In this document: positions 11,293-24,366 of the stretch, piece by piece
Numbering within the stretch: position 1 is the first letter of the stretch
How the letters are laid out: each line of letters begins with the position of its first letter
Assembly (NCBI GenBank): GCA_001938485.1
Contig: MQRK01239597.1
Coordinates: 34,159-85,276 of the forward strand
Direction of reading: 5' to 3'
Source: Girardia tigrina
Taxonomy: Eukaryota
DNA: 51,118 nucleotides
Position numbers and translations under genes: made by a program
The notes under the pieces: model-generated
Database searches by the model: none
Seen by the model: the letters and a program-made list of their open reading frames with translations, nothing else
What the model was told of the DNA's origin: nothing

Positions 11293-12126
11293 AGTAACAG
11301 TGGGGTCTTGTGTGTCGAATTCCCATCTTTTTACCTACTCAGCCATTTTCTCACTTTTTACATAATCAAAATGGATGTAATAATTTAATTCGAATTTCAA
11401 TCTGTCTTTCATGGCAATGAAAACAGGTCCTTGTAGCCTTTTATTAATGAAAATAATCAATCTAGCTTACGAAATTCAATACAAGAATTTCAACTCCAGA
11501 CTTCTTTGCAATTCAAATATGTTTACCGGTGAAAATACGGCTGTTCAAAATAACGACTCTAAAGTTTCAAGTTTGACAAATTCAGAAATCTCAATCGACT
11601 CAAAATCAGTACTTAAGTATTCTGAACATGTCGATGTCCGCCGATTTGTGTCACATAGTGAAACTCAACAAACTGATTTCCAAAAGGTATTTCTGTGAAC
11701 CATCCAACCTTATCACTAATAATTTTTCGGGTTTCCTGGATTAGCTGAAACTGGAAATTCGTTGCATTAAGCACTCTCACCGACGAATTTCCATCTCACT
11801 AACAGCATCTAATCAACAAGATCATCCTAGAAGGTTTAGTAACAGATTAAACAAGAAAATCAGTAGTAGTGCAACAAATCTCATGTGACAATTTCAGCTC
11901 AGTCATTTGGACTTTGCCAGAAACGTACTTATCGTTGGTCTTGGAATTCCGAATCTCAATCTATTTTTTGTATCGTCAAATGATTTAACAATAGACTGGG
12001 TGCTTATTGTTCTATTCATTATTATTATTCATTATTATTAATTATTCATTATCTGTTTATATGTAGTTATTTTAAAAAGTTGATGGAAGAGGAAAATACA
12101 TCCAATTTCTTTTTCCATTACACAGA

Positions 12127-12161
<35 letters not shown>

Positions 12162-12207
12162 ATATAAAAAGTTCATGTAAAAGCAGCTTAAAATTTTATT
12201 TGATAGG

Positions 12208-12731
12208 TGTGAGGAATATTTTAAATTTGGTATGTTGAAATTGGTTTGTTGAATTTTGTATGTTGAGTTTAGTATTTGGAAATGTGTTTCTCTATCCAGA
12301 TGGAAAATTGATATTTTAGATGTTCACGATAAATAATTATTCGAGTATAATTTATATTTTAAAGTACACTATAAGATATTTAAAAACATTAAAAATATAA
12401 AATCTTCATATTAAAATTTAAATAAAATAAATAGTTTAACTAAGTTTTGAATTAATTAAATGTTCTTTCTTTACATAAAATAATTTTTANNNNNNNNNNN
12501 NNNNNNNNNNNNNNNNNNNNNNNNNNNNNNNNNNNNNNNNNNNNNNNNNNNNNNNNNNNNNNNNNNNNNNNNNNNNNNNNNNNNNNNNNNNNNNNNNNNN
12601 NNNNNNNNNNNNNNNNNATTATCAATTTAGAACGATGTCGAATGACGAGAGTTTCGCTGAGAGTTGTCCAAAAGACAATTCTGATTGTAATGAAAATAAA
12701 AGTTTGAAAAGCCATGTTGGTGTTCTTAATA
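12208..12731 (+). mobile_element. Solo LTR of a Gypsy family B relative (spans an assembly gap)
   Basis: Starts TGTGAGGAATATTTT and ends TGTTCTTAATA like the other family B LTRs. 5-bp TSD ATAGG at 12203-12207 and 12732-12736. The N gap could hide internal sequence. Confidence 0.85.
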
Positions 12732-15269
12732 ATAGGGTTTTACAATTCTTTAAAATTGTTTTGTTTAAACAATCATTCTTGATTCAAACAAAGTAAATTG
12801 GAAATTAGTTATGCTATCGTATTTAAATCAAACTAAATTTTAAATCAATGTTTCGAGACAATTGAAAATAATTTGACATCTTTTCAGACGAAGAATGAAA
12901 TGAAATCCTTTGTGAGACATTTGAAAAGAAACTTTCTATTTGTAACAAAAGAGAAAATAATCATTTTAAAAGGTTGATTTGCTCTATGTAAGGTATTTAT
13001 TTCATCAATGTATTTTGTGTTTGCTTTTGTGATACTGAAAAAAATATTTCAACATAGTTTAAATCAGACGAATTAAAAATTTCAAGATAAACTAATATTA
13101 TCAAAATTTAATTGTCTTAAAATGTTTATATGGAGTAAAAACAAAGTTTTTTTGTATAGTAAGTTAAAAAAATTTAAAATATTTTTTGTTTGTGATCTTG
13201 CACGCAATTGTTACAATAAATATACTACATCATGACTAATTAGGATAATTAATTGATATCAAGCTTAGTTAATCGTTTTGAATAAGGCCACTTCGACTAG
13301 AGTCTTTTCAGTACGTAAAATATGACTTGGTGACAAAGTAGCCAGGCGATTGTGGCGCTGCAGTGCCACAGGAGGGTGGTCTTTGGGTCACGGATGAATA
13401 ATAGAAAATCTGTTCTGGCCGTGCTTAGCATAGATATGCAAGTGGTACATAAACAACCATATGTTGACTGCGCTCAAGATTATAGTGTCATCCGACGGAT
13501 ATGTTTCAAATTAGAATCACAGAGACTCAGATAAAACTCTATCTCTTGAATGGTATCAACATTTTGACTAATGTACATTAAATCCAAATTAACACGCTTT
13601 AACCGTTCAGAAATTAAATAAATGATCAACCAAAAGTTTATATCACCAGCATTTCTAATAATTTATTTATGCGTAATAAATTTTATTTTTAAGATCTGAA
13701 TATTGTCTGTTTTATTTTACTGATTGTGAGGAATGTTAGAATTGTTTTTTGTTGTAAAATTTGCATGTTATATGTTGATTCGGATTGTCTCTCCTCCCCA
13801 AATGGCTGATTGGTATTTTCATGGATTCATAATTTTTGAAAATAATTTAATTTTAAAGTATAATTATTTAAAATTTTTTTCAAATGTATTTTTTAAATTT
13901 TTGAATGTAATATTTAATTTTTAAAGTAATTTAAAATGTTTTGTTTTTTTTGTCTTAAAAGTGTTTTTGTTTGTTTGTTTGTCGGTCATACTTTAAAATG
14001 TGAAATTGCGGACGAACCGGAGTGAATCCATTCAAGTACGTGGTGAATCTGGATAGCCCACGCCAATACAATTTTATGGGTACAGCGCCGTCGCTGAAAG
14101 ACGCTCGGAAGCTGATGAAATCGATCGAAAACCGTACAAGTATTTAAATGGTTAAATTAACACTGATTTCGAATAATGATGATTTCGATGATTCCTACAA
14201 GGAATTTCGTAAAACCTTTTATGAAAATACTAATAAAACACTAATGTATTTGATAAATTATGATTTTTATCATTTATTTACTAATTATATTTCTAAAAAT
14301 GAATTTAGCTGAAATTTGCAAAATTTCGTTGTTATCTGATTCACGGTTTGTCTATGATCATATAAATGCTGATAAAATGCGAAATAGTGGAGGAAAAGGG
14401 TGTGAATTTGCGTAAAGTTGAGAAAATTCTGCAGAGTCGAATATTCCTCACAATAATAACTTTTAAAAACTTTCTATTTAAATTTATTTATAAAATATTT
14501 TATAAAATTCATCAAAATAAATTAAATTTCATTGCATTAAAATTTTTGAAACGCAAATATATTATAAAAACTCTACTTAAAATTTTTATAAAATTACCAA
14601 AATATTTTTTACTTAAAATTTGGTAAATTTCATTATTTTAAGATATATCAATTGAAAATTTTATTTAAAAATTTATTTGTATTAAAATTGATTTGAATTG
14701 TAAATTCAAAAATCTTAACTTAAAAGATAGTTATCATTTCATTACTATTATTCAATTGTGTTTGAATGGACAATTATTGCAAATACAATTTTCAACTGCG
14801 GGGGCGAATCACCATTTTTGGTTCAACATACTTAAATCAATATTGCATTCACATACAATACAAAACATTTCTCATAAATGTAAAACAACACAATTAACAG
14901 ATTACTAGTTTATACTTGATTAAACTGATCGTATAAAATATTGTGTACTGCACCGATTGAAATATTTTATTCTTCTGCAATAAATCTTACTGATGTTGAT
15001 GTATTTCGACGTGCAGTATCACAAAAATTCTTTTAGTGTCTGTCATTTAATGCACTTCTCGCTCTTCTCAATCTCGGCTGATTAGCGACTAATGATATGG
15101 TTTCAAAACCCTTGGTTCTCTAATATTTCACTGTCAGTAAATTTAAAAACCAAATATTAAAACCTGAATCGGATTGTAATTGTGATTTAAAAACATTGTT
15201 CTGTTTTCTTAAAGAATGTTTATTTGATTGATTGTTTATGGAATTTTTATAATCTTTTGTAACATCATG

Positions 15270-16150
15270 AAAAAATTAACTTTAAAGTCCTTTTACGCCA
15301 TCATTTGAACAAAGGCTTTAAAAAGACGTCAGTTATCAAAAGGCTATGCAAAGTTGAAGACGATAATGTGGTATTGGATTGTACAGCGCAAAATTTGATT
15401 TCAAATTTTAATGACGACGACTTTGACCAGAGAATCAAGTTGCGTTTAGACCGATCTTTGAAAGGGACTTCTGAAACAAATCCCTCAACGCAAATTTCTA
15501 TATAATCCTCGAAATTCAATATTAATCAGACATCAATGGTGCAGAATTTTTTAAGATTTTTGGAAACTCAGTAAACGCCATTGAAATGTGCATTTTTAAT
15601 TGACTGAAATTCAAGATAAACAAGGTGAAAACTACAGCCAAATTCATATTATGACCATTTAATCCTCAAATTTGTTACTTGCGACGAAAGATGGATACAT
15701 TTTAAAAGTCCAGACAAAGAAAATCAATGGTTGAACCGAGGAAAATGGTGAAACTGGTAGAAAAACACGATTAGTTCTCAAGGAAGTCACTTTTGTGCGT
15801 CTGGTAGAGTTTAGATGTGGAGTTTAGTTTATTGTACAAATTACGATCGGAAAAATGAAGTGCGTTGCAGAAAGTACCATGCATTGATCGATCGAAAGTG
15901 TTCCGCTGCAGTACGACAACGCAAAACCCCAAACAGTCACCGAAACCTTAGAAAAGATGAACATCTTGAAACAATATACTTCTTCCATTCTTAGCTTAGA
16001 ATCCACCATTAGAATCGTCCGATCGTAATCAAAACGACTTTATGAAAAATGACCCAGAACCGATATCAAGTACATTAATTTTCTAAAGGTTCATTTACTA
16101 ATGGTATTACACTTTCTAAAGATATTATAAAATAATAGTAAATGTAATGC
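15270..16150 (+). mobile_element. Decayed mariner relic
   Basis: Collinear motifs FNDDDFDQRIKLRLDRS (cf. GDF.L.D.PRSGRP), VTCDERWIHF and QYDNAKP. Boundaries are approximate. Confidence 0.7.
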
Positions 16151-16444
16151 TTAATTTTAATTTAATTAAATTAATTTCAATTCATAACTCAATTTTCTGT
16201 AGATTTGAAGTGTAATTTTTAAAAATATAATTTTAATTTAGAAAGAAAATTTTAATTTGAAAATTAATTATGTTACATATTTTGCAAAAAGTAATTTATT
16301 ATTTATAATTCTTTATCGAAATGCATTTCGTGATAAAAATGTAAATTAAATATAATAAATTAGACGTACTAAAACAATATAAATAAAATGTTATTTGATT
16401 AATAAAATCTTTTCGAAATTGTATGATATTATATCATGTATATA

Positions 16445-17600
16445 AACGTGTTGCGTCTATTACTTATTCGGATAGAAGTTGAAAAGAACATGACGAATGA
16501 AAAATGTTTTTAATCAACATTGAAAAATGTATAGGTATTTATTTTTTAATATAAGATCCACGATTTTGAACACATTTTTTCCAGCGTCTTACCAACTTCA
16601 AGAAGGCATTTTCGAATGAAATAATGGAATAAAGTCTTCAGGAATTCTTGCACTTCCTCTTTCGATTATGCCTTTAAGTTGATATGTTTATCTCGTAGCT
16701 GTTTCTTGAGATAGAGGAACAAATTAAAATCACTCGCACCTAGGTCCGATGAATAAGGAAGGTTTTTGATGTTGTGGAAACCCATCTAATAGATTTCGCT
16801 TGTAAAGAATGTACTTGTTACAAATATTATCCTGAAAAAAATAGATATTGCATTTGCGGGATTTTCGTCTAGATTGCCTGGTTTTCTTGACTTGATCGAA
16901 GTAGTAACATGAGTTAATTTTCACATCCTTGTCAGCAAAGTTTATTGAATTGTCGCTATGAAGATTACAGAAAATCGTTAGCATGAGAGATTTTTGGTTG
17001 CAAGTTGATGTTCGTAGCTTTTTTGTGCTTGTTTTATATAGGAATTTCAAGTATAAATATAAAGCTGGGTTTTTCCTCTATCACAATGCATCGCAGAAAA
17101 TATCTCAAACATGCTGCAATGTCAATAGATAAGCGTGACATGAATTGAGTCTGTTTTCACATATTTCATTTGTTAGGAAACGTGAAATGAATCGTGAAGA
17201 AAGTTTTGTCAGACCCATGGATTTTATTAAAGAATCTAAACTTGATGCGTCTGTCACATGTGACAATATTCTCCACTTTTTCATTATTTTTTTAGTAAAT
17301 AGTCAAAGATCTTCTGGTATATTCTGGTATTGGATGAGATTTAATCATGCTATACATCGCTCAAGTACTCAATAATTTCCTTCACTAACAACTTCTTCAA
17401 AACATGAATCTTTATTAGACTACTAAATTCCACGGGAGAACACATGATTAGGAGGAGATATTGAATGTCCTCAAAAATCAGACCACATCCAGATGCTACT
17501 ATAAAAAATTGTATTAAATTAACTGTAATGCTCAAAGAATATATCACAAAAAAGCAATTAAATTCATATATTGTTACATCTTTATTTAATGGGCGCACTA

Positions 17601-17603
<3 letters not shown>
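16445..17603 (-). mobile_element. Decayed mariner-like element
   Basis: Minus-strand motifs LTKLSSRFI, LMLTIFC, INSCYYFDQV, YFFQDN and SSDLGASDFNLFLYLKKQL. Degenerate inverted ends acgtgttgcgtctatta / taatgggcgcactacg. Confidence 0.65.

Positions 17604-17641
<38 letters not shown>
17604..17641. repeat. (TA)n microsatellite
   Basis: Seen directly. Similar tracts lie at ~101-134 (TA/GA), 9777, 12130, 22170, 25569, 26167, 31832 and 46133, several bordering N gaps. Confidence 0.95.
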
Positions 17642-17644
<3 letters not shown>

Positions 17645-18037
17645 GGATAAAAACAAGACGACACGTTTCGAGATAATAAAAATCCCATCATCATGTAACA
17701 AAATGTACCAAGCAGGTACACTATATGGAAACTTGCCGAAAATAAATAAAGTTTATCCAATAAATTATTGGATGAAAATAACTTTATTTCACTTTTCCTT
17801 AAAATTAAGAAAAATGCAATCTAGAAGAGAAAATACAAGGAATAGAAAAAATGAACGAAAAGAATACACAAACATACAGTACAGAGGTCGGATTGGATAT
17901 ACGAATAGAAGAGACCAAGTAGCAGATTTAGAAGACTTCGATGACGAGTGGGAAAGAATGTCGGAAAGATCGAATAAAAGAGGAGGTCTAACAAGAAGAG
18001 AAAATATTACAAACATGAAAAATTTCAGAGACGAACA

Positions 18038-18079
18038 GGGAAACGAGGAGGCACGGTCACAGGGAGAAGTGATCAGTGC
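18038..18079 (+). promoter_or_regulatory. -1 frameshift signal (G GGA AAC plus bulged hairpin)
   Basis: The heptamer is in the gag frame, followed by a 6-nt spacer and a 10-bp hairpin. The -1 frame is open into the protease ORF 18101-18394. Confidence 0.8.
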
Positions 18080-21000
18080 ACTTCACTAAGAAACGAATGT
18101 ATGTGTATGTTTGACTGTATGAATGATTGCTTGTATGATGACGTATGTTGTTTATTGGACACTGTTGAAAATATTCCTCAAGAATTGTGTATATTAGATG
18201 GTGAAAAAGAAATACACAATGAGAAATGTGACATTTTGATCACAGAAAAAGATGAAGAAAGAAGCACAGAGATAATGAAAATATCAAAGTTTAAAATAGA
18301 ATATGAAGAACTGAAAGGCAGACCTAGTATAGGATTTCAAATAAAGCATAAAAAATTAAGATGTCTACTGGATACGGGAGCACGAGTCAATTAAATTAGA
18401 CGTACTCAAAAATATGAAAAATACCAAAATAAAGGAGACAAAAAGACGTATACACTGTGCTTACGATTCAGAACTAGTAAATTACGGTATAGTACAACTA
18501 AAGATTAAGATTGAAAGAATACAGAAAACAGTGGATTTTTTTGTGGTTAGAGATTTGGAACCCGAAATGAATGCAGGAATAGATTTCCTAAATAAATTCA
18601 GCATAAAACTAAAGAAACATGATACAACAAAGGAGTGCTGATAATACGAGATACTTTAAATGGCGGAGACAGACTTAAAAGAATAAGGGAAATATACGCA
18701 GATAAGATAGATGAACCATTAATGAAATTAATAATATAATATAAAACGATATTTATGGCGGACAAATGGGATATAGGGAAGACCACACTAACTAAGCATA
18801 AAATTTAAACGCAAGGAGAATCAATATTGGTAAAACCGTACCGAGAGCCAAAACACTTTGAGGAAAAACTAGATGATATTACCAAGAGTTACGAGGAAAA
18901 TGATATCATTGAAAAATGCAGTTCGCCGTGGAATTTCACGCTAGTATGCGTATGGAAAAAAGACAAACATGATATCCGAGTATGTGTTGATTTTCTACAA
19001 TTAAATAAAGTTACAATCGGTCCAGCATTTCCAATACTAAATGTAGAAGAAATGCTAAATACATTAAATGGAGCGAAATACTTCAGCACGATCGACTTGT
19101 GGAGTGCATATCATCAAGTTGAATTGGAGAACGATTCAAAATTAAAAACTGCATTTTCGACAAAGAACGGCCAATATTGATTTAAAAGAATGCCATTCGG
19201 AATTGCAGCTGCCCCAGCGACATTTCAAGAACTAATGACAAGAGTGTTAGGAGAATTAAACTGGAAAGAAACAGTTGTATATCTGGACGATATTCTAATC
19301 TTCGCAAAAGACAAAGAAGAACATTTCAGACGAGTCGAACACATATTTCAAAAGATTAAAGAATTGGGCCTTCGGATAAACCCTGAAAAGTGTCAGTTCA
19401 TGGTAGAAAAGACAAAATTTTTAGGATATGTCGTGAGCAAAGATGGTATAGAGACAGATAAAACGAAAATTGAAGCAATCAACAAATTTCAAAATCATGC
19501 ATTAAACATTTAAGAAGTTGTCTTGGGTCTAATGAACTATTATAGAAAATTTTTGAATGATTATGCAAAATATTCAAAAATTCTGGAAGGACTATGTGGA
19601 AAAAATAAAGAAAAAAAATTGACATGAACAAAGGAATGTGACGAGGCATTTAAGACATTAAACGATAAAATGACAAAAACACCGATATTAGCATATGCAG
19701 ATTTCGAAAAGGAGTTTATACTGGATACAGACTCTAGTTTTGGTACAATCGGGGCAGTACTGGCACAGAACGATGCATACGGAAGGGAAAGAGTAATTGC
19801 ATATTGATCCTACAAGATGAACAAACACGAACTGGGATACTGTATTAAAAGGAAAGAATTATTGGCAATCTATTACTTTACCCAACACTTCAAACATTTC
19901 TTATACGGAAAGTAGTTTCTATTTAGGACGGACCATAAGGCCATCACATTCATGATGACAACGAAGAACCCAATAACTCCACAATTCCAAACTTGGATAA
20001 ACTTCCTTAGTAGACTAGACATGAGGATGGAATACCGCAAGGGCGAAAAACACACTAATGCAGACGCAATGTCGAGAAATACATGTGAACTATGTGTACA
20101 ATGTCAGACAATGCACGATGACGCTAAAAAAGGAAAAGTTAAAACTAGAATCCTAGCATTAACAGAAGATTCAGAAGAGTTCATTTGGCAGACGAATGAT
20201 GAAGAAATAGAACAGATTAAAGAAAATATTAAAATGGGAAAGACAAAAGAATGGCTACTGAAAAACAATATCGTGACTACAAGAGATAACAAATATTGGA
20301 TCCCTATGAAGAAGAGAACAGACTTTATAGAAGATATACATAAAATGTTATGCCATGCAGGAAGTAAGAAAGTATACAATTACATAAAAGATGATTTCGA
20401 GATGTATGAAATAAGATAACAGATAAAGAAAATCGTACAAAGTTGCGAAAACTGCCAGAAAAGGAAGACGCTGACGGAAAAAACGAAAGAAAAACACATT
20501 AAACAATCTGCCGACGAACCCTTTCAAAGAAATTACATGGACTTTTGCGGACCATTCAGAAGGACTAGGAATGGATACCAATACATTTTAGCAATAATCG
20601 ATCAATTTAGTAGGTACAATAGCTTGACCGCAGTAGCACACCAAGACGAGAAGACTACACGAAAGGCACTTTTAGAGAAATGGATTTGGAAATTCGGACT
20701 TCCAAAAGAGATACACATTGATAGAGGAAAAACTTTCGAATCAGCACTCTTTAAAGAAAAGACGAAAAAATGTAAGACGGAGATAGTCTATTCAAGCCCT
20801 TATCACCACAACACTAATGAGATCATAGAAAGACACTTTAGAATAATAATAGACGCCATAAATATACGATTAAAGGATGAAATGCATAGAGATTGGGTAG
20901 AAATGTTGGTAGAAATAGAATTCATGTTAAACGGTGCAATTCAAGCAACAACAGGAATATCTCCAGCCGAGATAATCTTCGGAAGAAAACTAAGACATTG

Positions 21001-21249
21001 GTGGAAAACTACAACAGAAGGAAAAAGTGGAGAAAAAGAAAATAAAAATATAACTGAAACAAAGCGAATATTTCAGGTCGGAGAAAGTCTTGATAAAGAA
21101 AATTAACCCATCAAAAGATGATGACCGTTATATGAGACCAGCTAAAATTATAAAGCAAAGACACGAAAGAAGTTATTAGATACAACTATAGGATGGCAGG
21201 ATCCTGATCAGAAATGTAGAATGGCTAAAGCCATTTAAACTGAGGGGGA

Positions 21250-21711
21250 TGTGAGGAATATTTTAATTTGTTTGAATGTGTATATGTATGGATGTTGTAT
21301 GCTGATTTAAGTATGTTGAATTTAGAATGGTGATTATCCTACCCAGATGGAAATTGGTATTTTTTTTATTAAATTTAAAGTGATTGACTATTCGAACACA
21401 ATTAAAATTAAGTTTAATATTTTTTAGTAAAATTTAAATTAAATGCATTTTTAATAATTTGATGACATTTTTATTATTTTAAGATTTATTGAAAAATAGT
21501 AAAAATTATTATTTTTTTAATTAATATTTTTAGAGGCTAAATATTTTAAAAAATAATTTAGAAAAATTGTTCGAATAATCATGATTAAAATCAGAAAAAA
21601 GAAAACGAATTAGAAGGATGACAAATGATGAAAGACTTTCTGAGAGTCGTAATGACTCTAAATGTGATTGTAATAAACATTCAAACGAGACTTGTTTAAA
21701 TGTTCTTAATA
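21250..21711 (+). repeat. 3' LTR of family B (462 bp, TG...TA)
   Basis: Follows the PPT and is closely similar over its full length to the solo LTR at 47279-47740. Confidence 0.93.
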
Positions 21712-22166
21712 ATTTTAAATAATTTAAATTTCAGTTTATTAGTGAAATGAAAACTAAGTAACTCCTCGTAAATAATACATAAAAAATTATATTTAGAGAT
21801 GAATGTCTGTTTGTCTGTTCGCTATATGTTTAACCAAATATAATAAACTACAATGTAACAAAGTCATTATACGAATGAGTGCAAATTAAAAGTATAAACA
21901 CGTCTGCCAACCAGCATATCACCAAATATCTGGTCCGCGACAATGAGACGAAGCCTTCTACCTAAATAATATCATAGAGAAAGGAAGGTCTTTGGTTGCA
22001 GTGTAGCAATACATCTGTGAAAGGAAAACCATACTTTATATATAACTTTATTAACTCGTAAATGAAATATTTTCGGATATATGTTTAAGTGAACTTTTTT
22101 TCTACTATTCATGTAATGAATAAGTCCTAAGGTTTTTAAAAGAAGTTTCGAAACTCAATATACACA

Positions 22167-22212
<46 letters not shown>

Positions 22213-22269
22213 ATTAAAAGAATACATGTATGTTTTAATCTTAGAGTAATATAATCTACAAATAAATTA

Positions 22270-22790
22270 TAGAAATATTGTACCAATAAATCACGAACTC
22301 CTTTGAGTGTACAAGCAAATATAGTTTATCGGTTTAAATTTCACAAGTGTGAATTCTTCTACATTCGAGAAACACATCGTCATCTCCGTAATAGAATAGC
22401 AGAACACATTCAAATGAGTAGAAATAGATCCATTCTCGATCATATATATAGTTGTCGTGATCGTGAAAAAATAAATTATGAAAAATAGTTCAAAGTGTTG
22501 AGTAAATCTTTTGACACAAATTTCGAGCGTATGATCACTGATTAATTATTTATTAAGCAATTAAAATTATTCTTAAATATACAAAGTGATTTGTCTAAAC
22601 ACGTTAAATTTTTTTTTTAATTTGGAAATTATTTATGGTGTAATAGACAGAAAACCATTTAAATGACTTGTAATTTTGTTTAAATATTCATCTTAACTGA
22701 TGAAAGGTGAACTTAATTTTACAAGATAAAATTATTGATAAATGGTGTTTTTGTTTTGTTATATCTAAGTTGCCATTGATATAAATAAAT
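22270..22790 (+). mobile_element. Penelope-like retroelement 3' fragment with GIY-YIG endonuclease relic
   Basis: NIVYRFKFHKCEFFYIRETHRHLRNRIAEH...SILDHIYSC matches the PLE GIY-YIG pattern (VY..C..C...YIGET.R.L..R..EH). The 3' tail is shared with 150-340. Confidence 0.8.
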
Positions 22791-24128
22791 ATATAGATAT
22801 ATATAATTTGGTTAAATCACTTTTTAGAGCACTGTAATGAACACATAATTCCATTTAATGGTCAAGATATTTGAAATTACTTTGAAGATACCTAGATTTG
22901 TTGTTCTAATAAACCTAACTGATGTCAGTTCGCATGTTATTAACTTCAGCTATGGAATTGCTTTGAAACTGTCACACTAAAACTACTAAAAATAATTCTC
23001 AAATGTCAGCCAAACATCCAAAAATATGGAAATTTACTATTGCAATTAAATTTGAGCATATGAGGGGTTAATTTTAAATTTTTATCTCGCTTGAATAGTT
23101 TATTATTTTTTAATTTAAAGGGTAAAATATTTTTATGTTAATTTGCTTATTAAATATTTTAAAAAATTAAAAATTATATAANNNNNNNNNNNNNNNNNNN
23201 NNNNNNNNNNNNNNNNNNNNNNNNNNNNNNNNNNNNNNNNNNNNNNNNNNNNNNNNNNNNNNNNNNNNNNNNNNNNNNNNNNNNNNNNNNNNNNNNNNNN
23301 NNNNNNNNNNNNNNNNNNNNNNNNNNNNNNNNNNNNNNNNNNNNNNNNNNNNNNNNNNNNNNNNNNNNNNNNNNNNNNNNNNNNNNNNNNNNNNNNNNNN
23401 NNNNNNNNNNNNNNNNNNNNNNNNNNNNNNNNNNNNNNNNNNNNNNNNNNNNNNNNNNNNNNNNNNNNNNNNNNNNNNNNNNNNNNCGAGATAATTAAAT
23501 TAAATTAACAGGAAAATTTGTTTTAGAAATGTGAATTGTTTAGTAATAAATTTTGGTGTTTAAAAAAAATGAATTCTGATATAGACGTTGCAACCACTTC
23601 TCACAGAGCAATAGTTTAATAAGCTGCGCATAAAAGAATACGCTAGTGGTCATCTTCCACCATCAGCTAAAAAGAAATACAAGGATTCTCTGAAAGATTA
23701 ACTGGAGTTGTTGGACATGTTTTACCCAATGACAATGAAATTGGATATTTAGGTGTAGTTGCTCATAAAATTACATTCTAATTTGGTTTATTTATAAGTT
23801 TTTATTATTAATATATATATATTATAAAACAAATTCCAAATATTAAAAATTATTATTTTTAAAAATATATTTGTTTATGTTTATAATTTCTTATAAATTT
23901 TTCATGTTTATTTTTATTTTTCTATTTATTTTTCAATTTATTTTTCTATGATGTTTTATTATTTTAAAATATTTTATTATCTCTAATTCTTAAAATAAAT
24001 TATTAAAAATCTTTTTTATACAAAAATTAAAGTTTCAGACCTCTTTATATTTTTTCTTTAATAGATTTTCAAAAATTGTATTAATTTTTGTAATGTAATT
24101 TTTGTTATGTAATCATTGATTAGTTTAA

Positions 24129-24366
24129 CCCCTTAATGCTCAAGGGAAATATTTTTTCCTTCTACAAAAATCGTTATCGATTGTTCAATTATTATTGCAT
24201 CAATATTTTTTTACTGAATGTCAAAATAGAACGTATGTACAAAGCGGAAAATGTGTTTTTGAGCAAATAAAAAAAAGAACTGTCAAACTTTATTGCTCCA
24301 AAACCAAAACATTCGCGGGCCGAACTAAAAACATTTAGTCTTGGATATCTTCTGGTCTTTTAAGGG
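24129..24366. mobile_element. Possible piggyBac-type MITE (238 bp)
   Basis: TTAA on both sides (24125-24128, 24367-24370) and termini CCC(C)TTAA...TTAAGGG. The TIR is short. Confidence 0.45.

Larger units (their letters stand above)
10326..11339. mobile_element. Non-autonomous TIR element with Polinton/Maverick-like ends (1014 bp, non-coding)
   Basis: Exact 6-bp TSD CAGCCA at 10320-10325 and 11340-11345. Termini AGTAG...CTACT. Perfect inverted core ATTCGACACACAAGACCCC. Inverted subterminal arrays of ~170-190 bp. Confidence 0.78.
9880..11990 (-). mobile_element. Highly decayed Tc1-like transposase relic, interrupted by the 10326-11339 element
   Basis: Weak collinear motifs on the minus strand: GIPRPTISTFL (HTH-like, ~11930), AVFSPVNIFEL (cf. 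VLFSDESKF, ~11530) and YYLNNIF (~10225). No TIRs recognised. Confidence 0.35.
17810..21711 (+). mobile_element. Ty3/Gypsy LTR retrotransposon, family B, 5'-truncated and degenerate
   Basis: gag C-terminus, protease LLDTGA, RT (SPWN, MPFG, YLDD), RNase H (TDHKA), integrase (HKMLCH..C..C, DQFSR, DRG, IER). PPT GAGGGGGA at 21242-21249, then the 3' LTR. Confidence 0.93.

Noticed and set aside
13950-14260. Helitron-derived repeats with (GTTT)n/(GTCT)n heads (also ~21790)
   Set aside because: No terminal hairpin/CTRR end or boundaries could be established.
17571-17810. N-terminal half of the 172-aa ORF as gag
   Set aside because: It runs through a TA microsatellite and unrelated DNA. Homology to the other family B gag appears only after ~17810.
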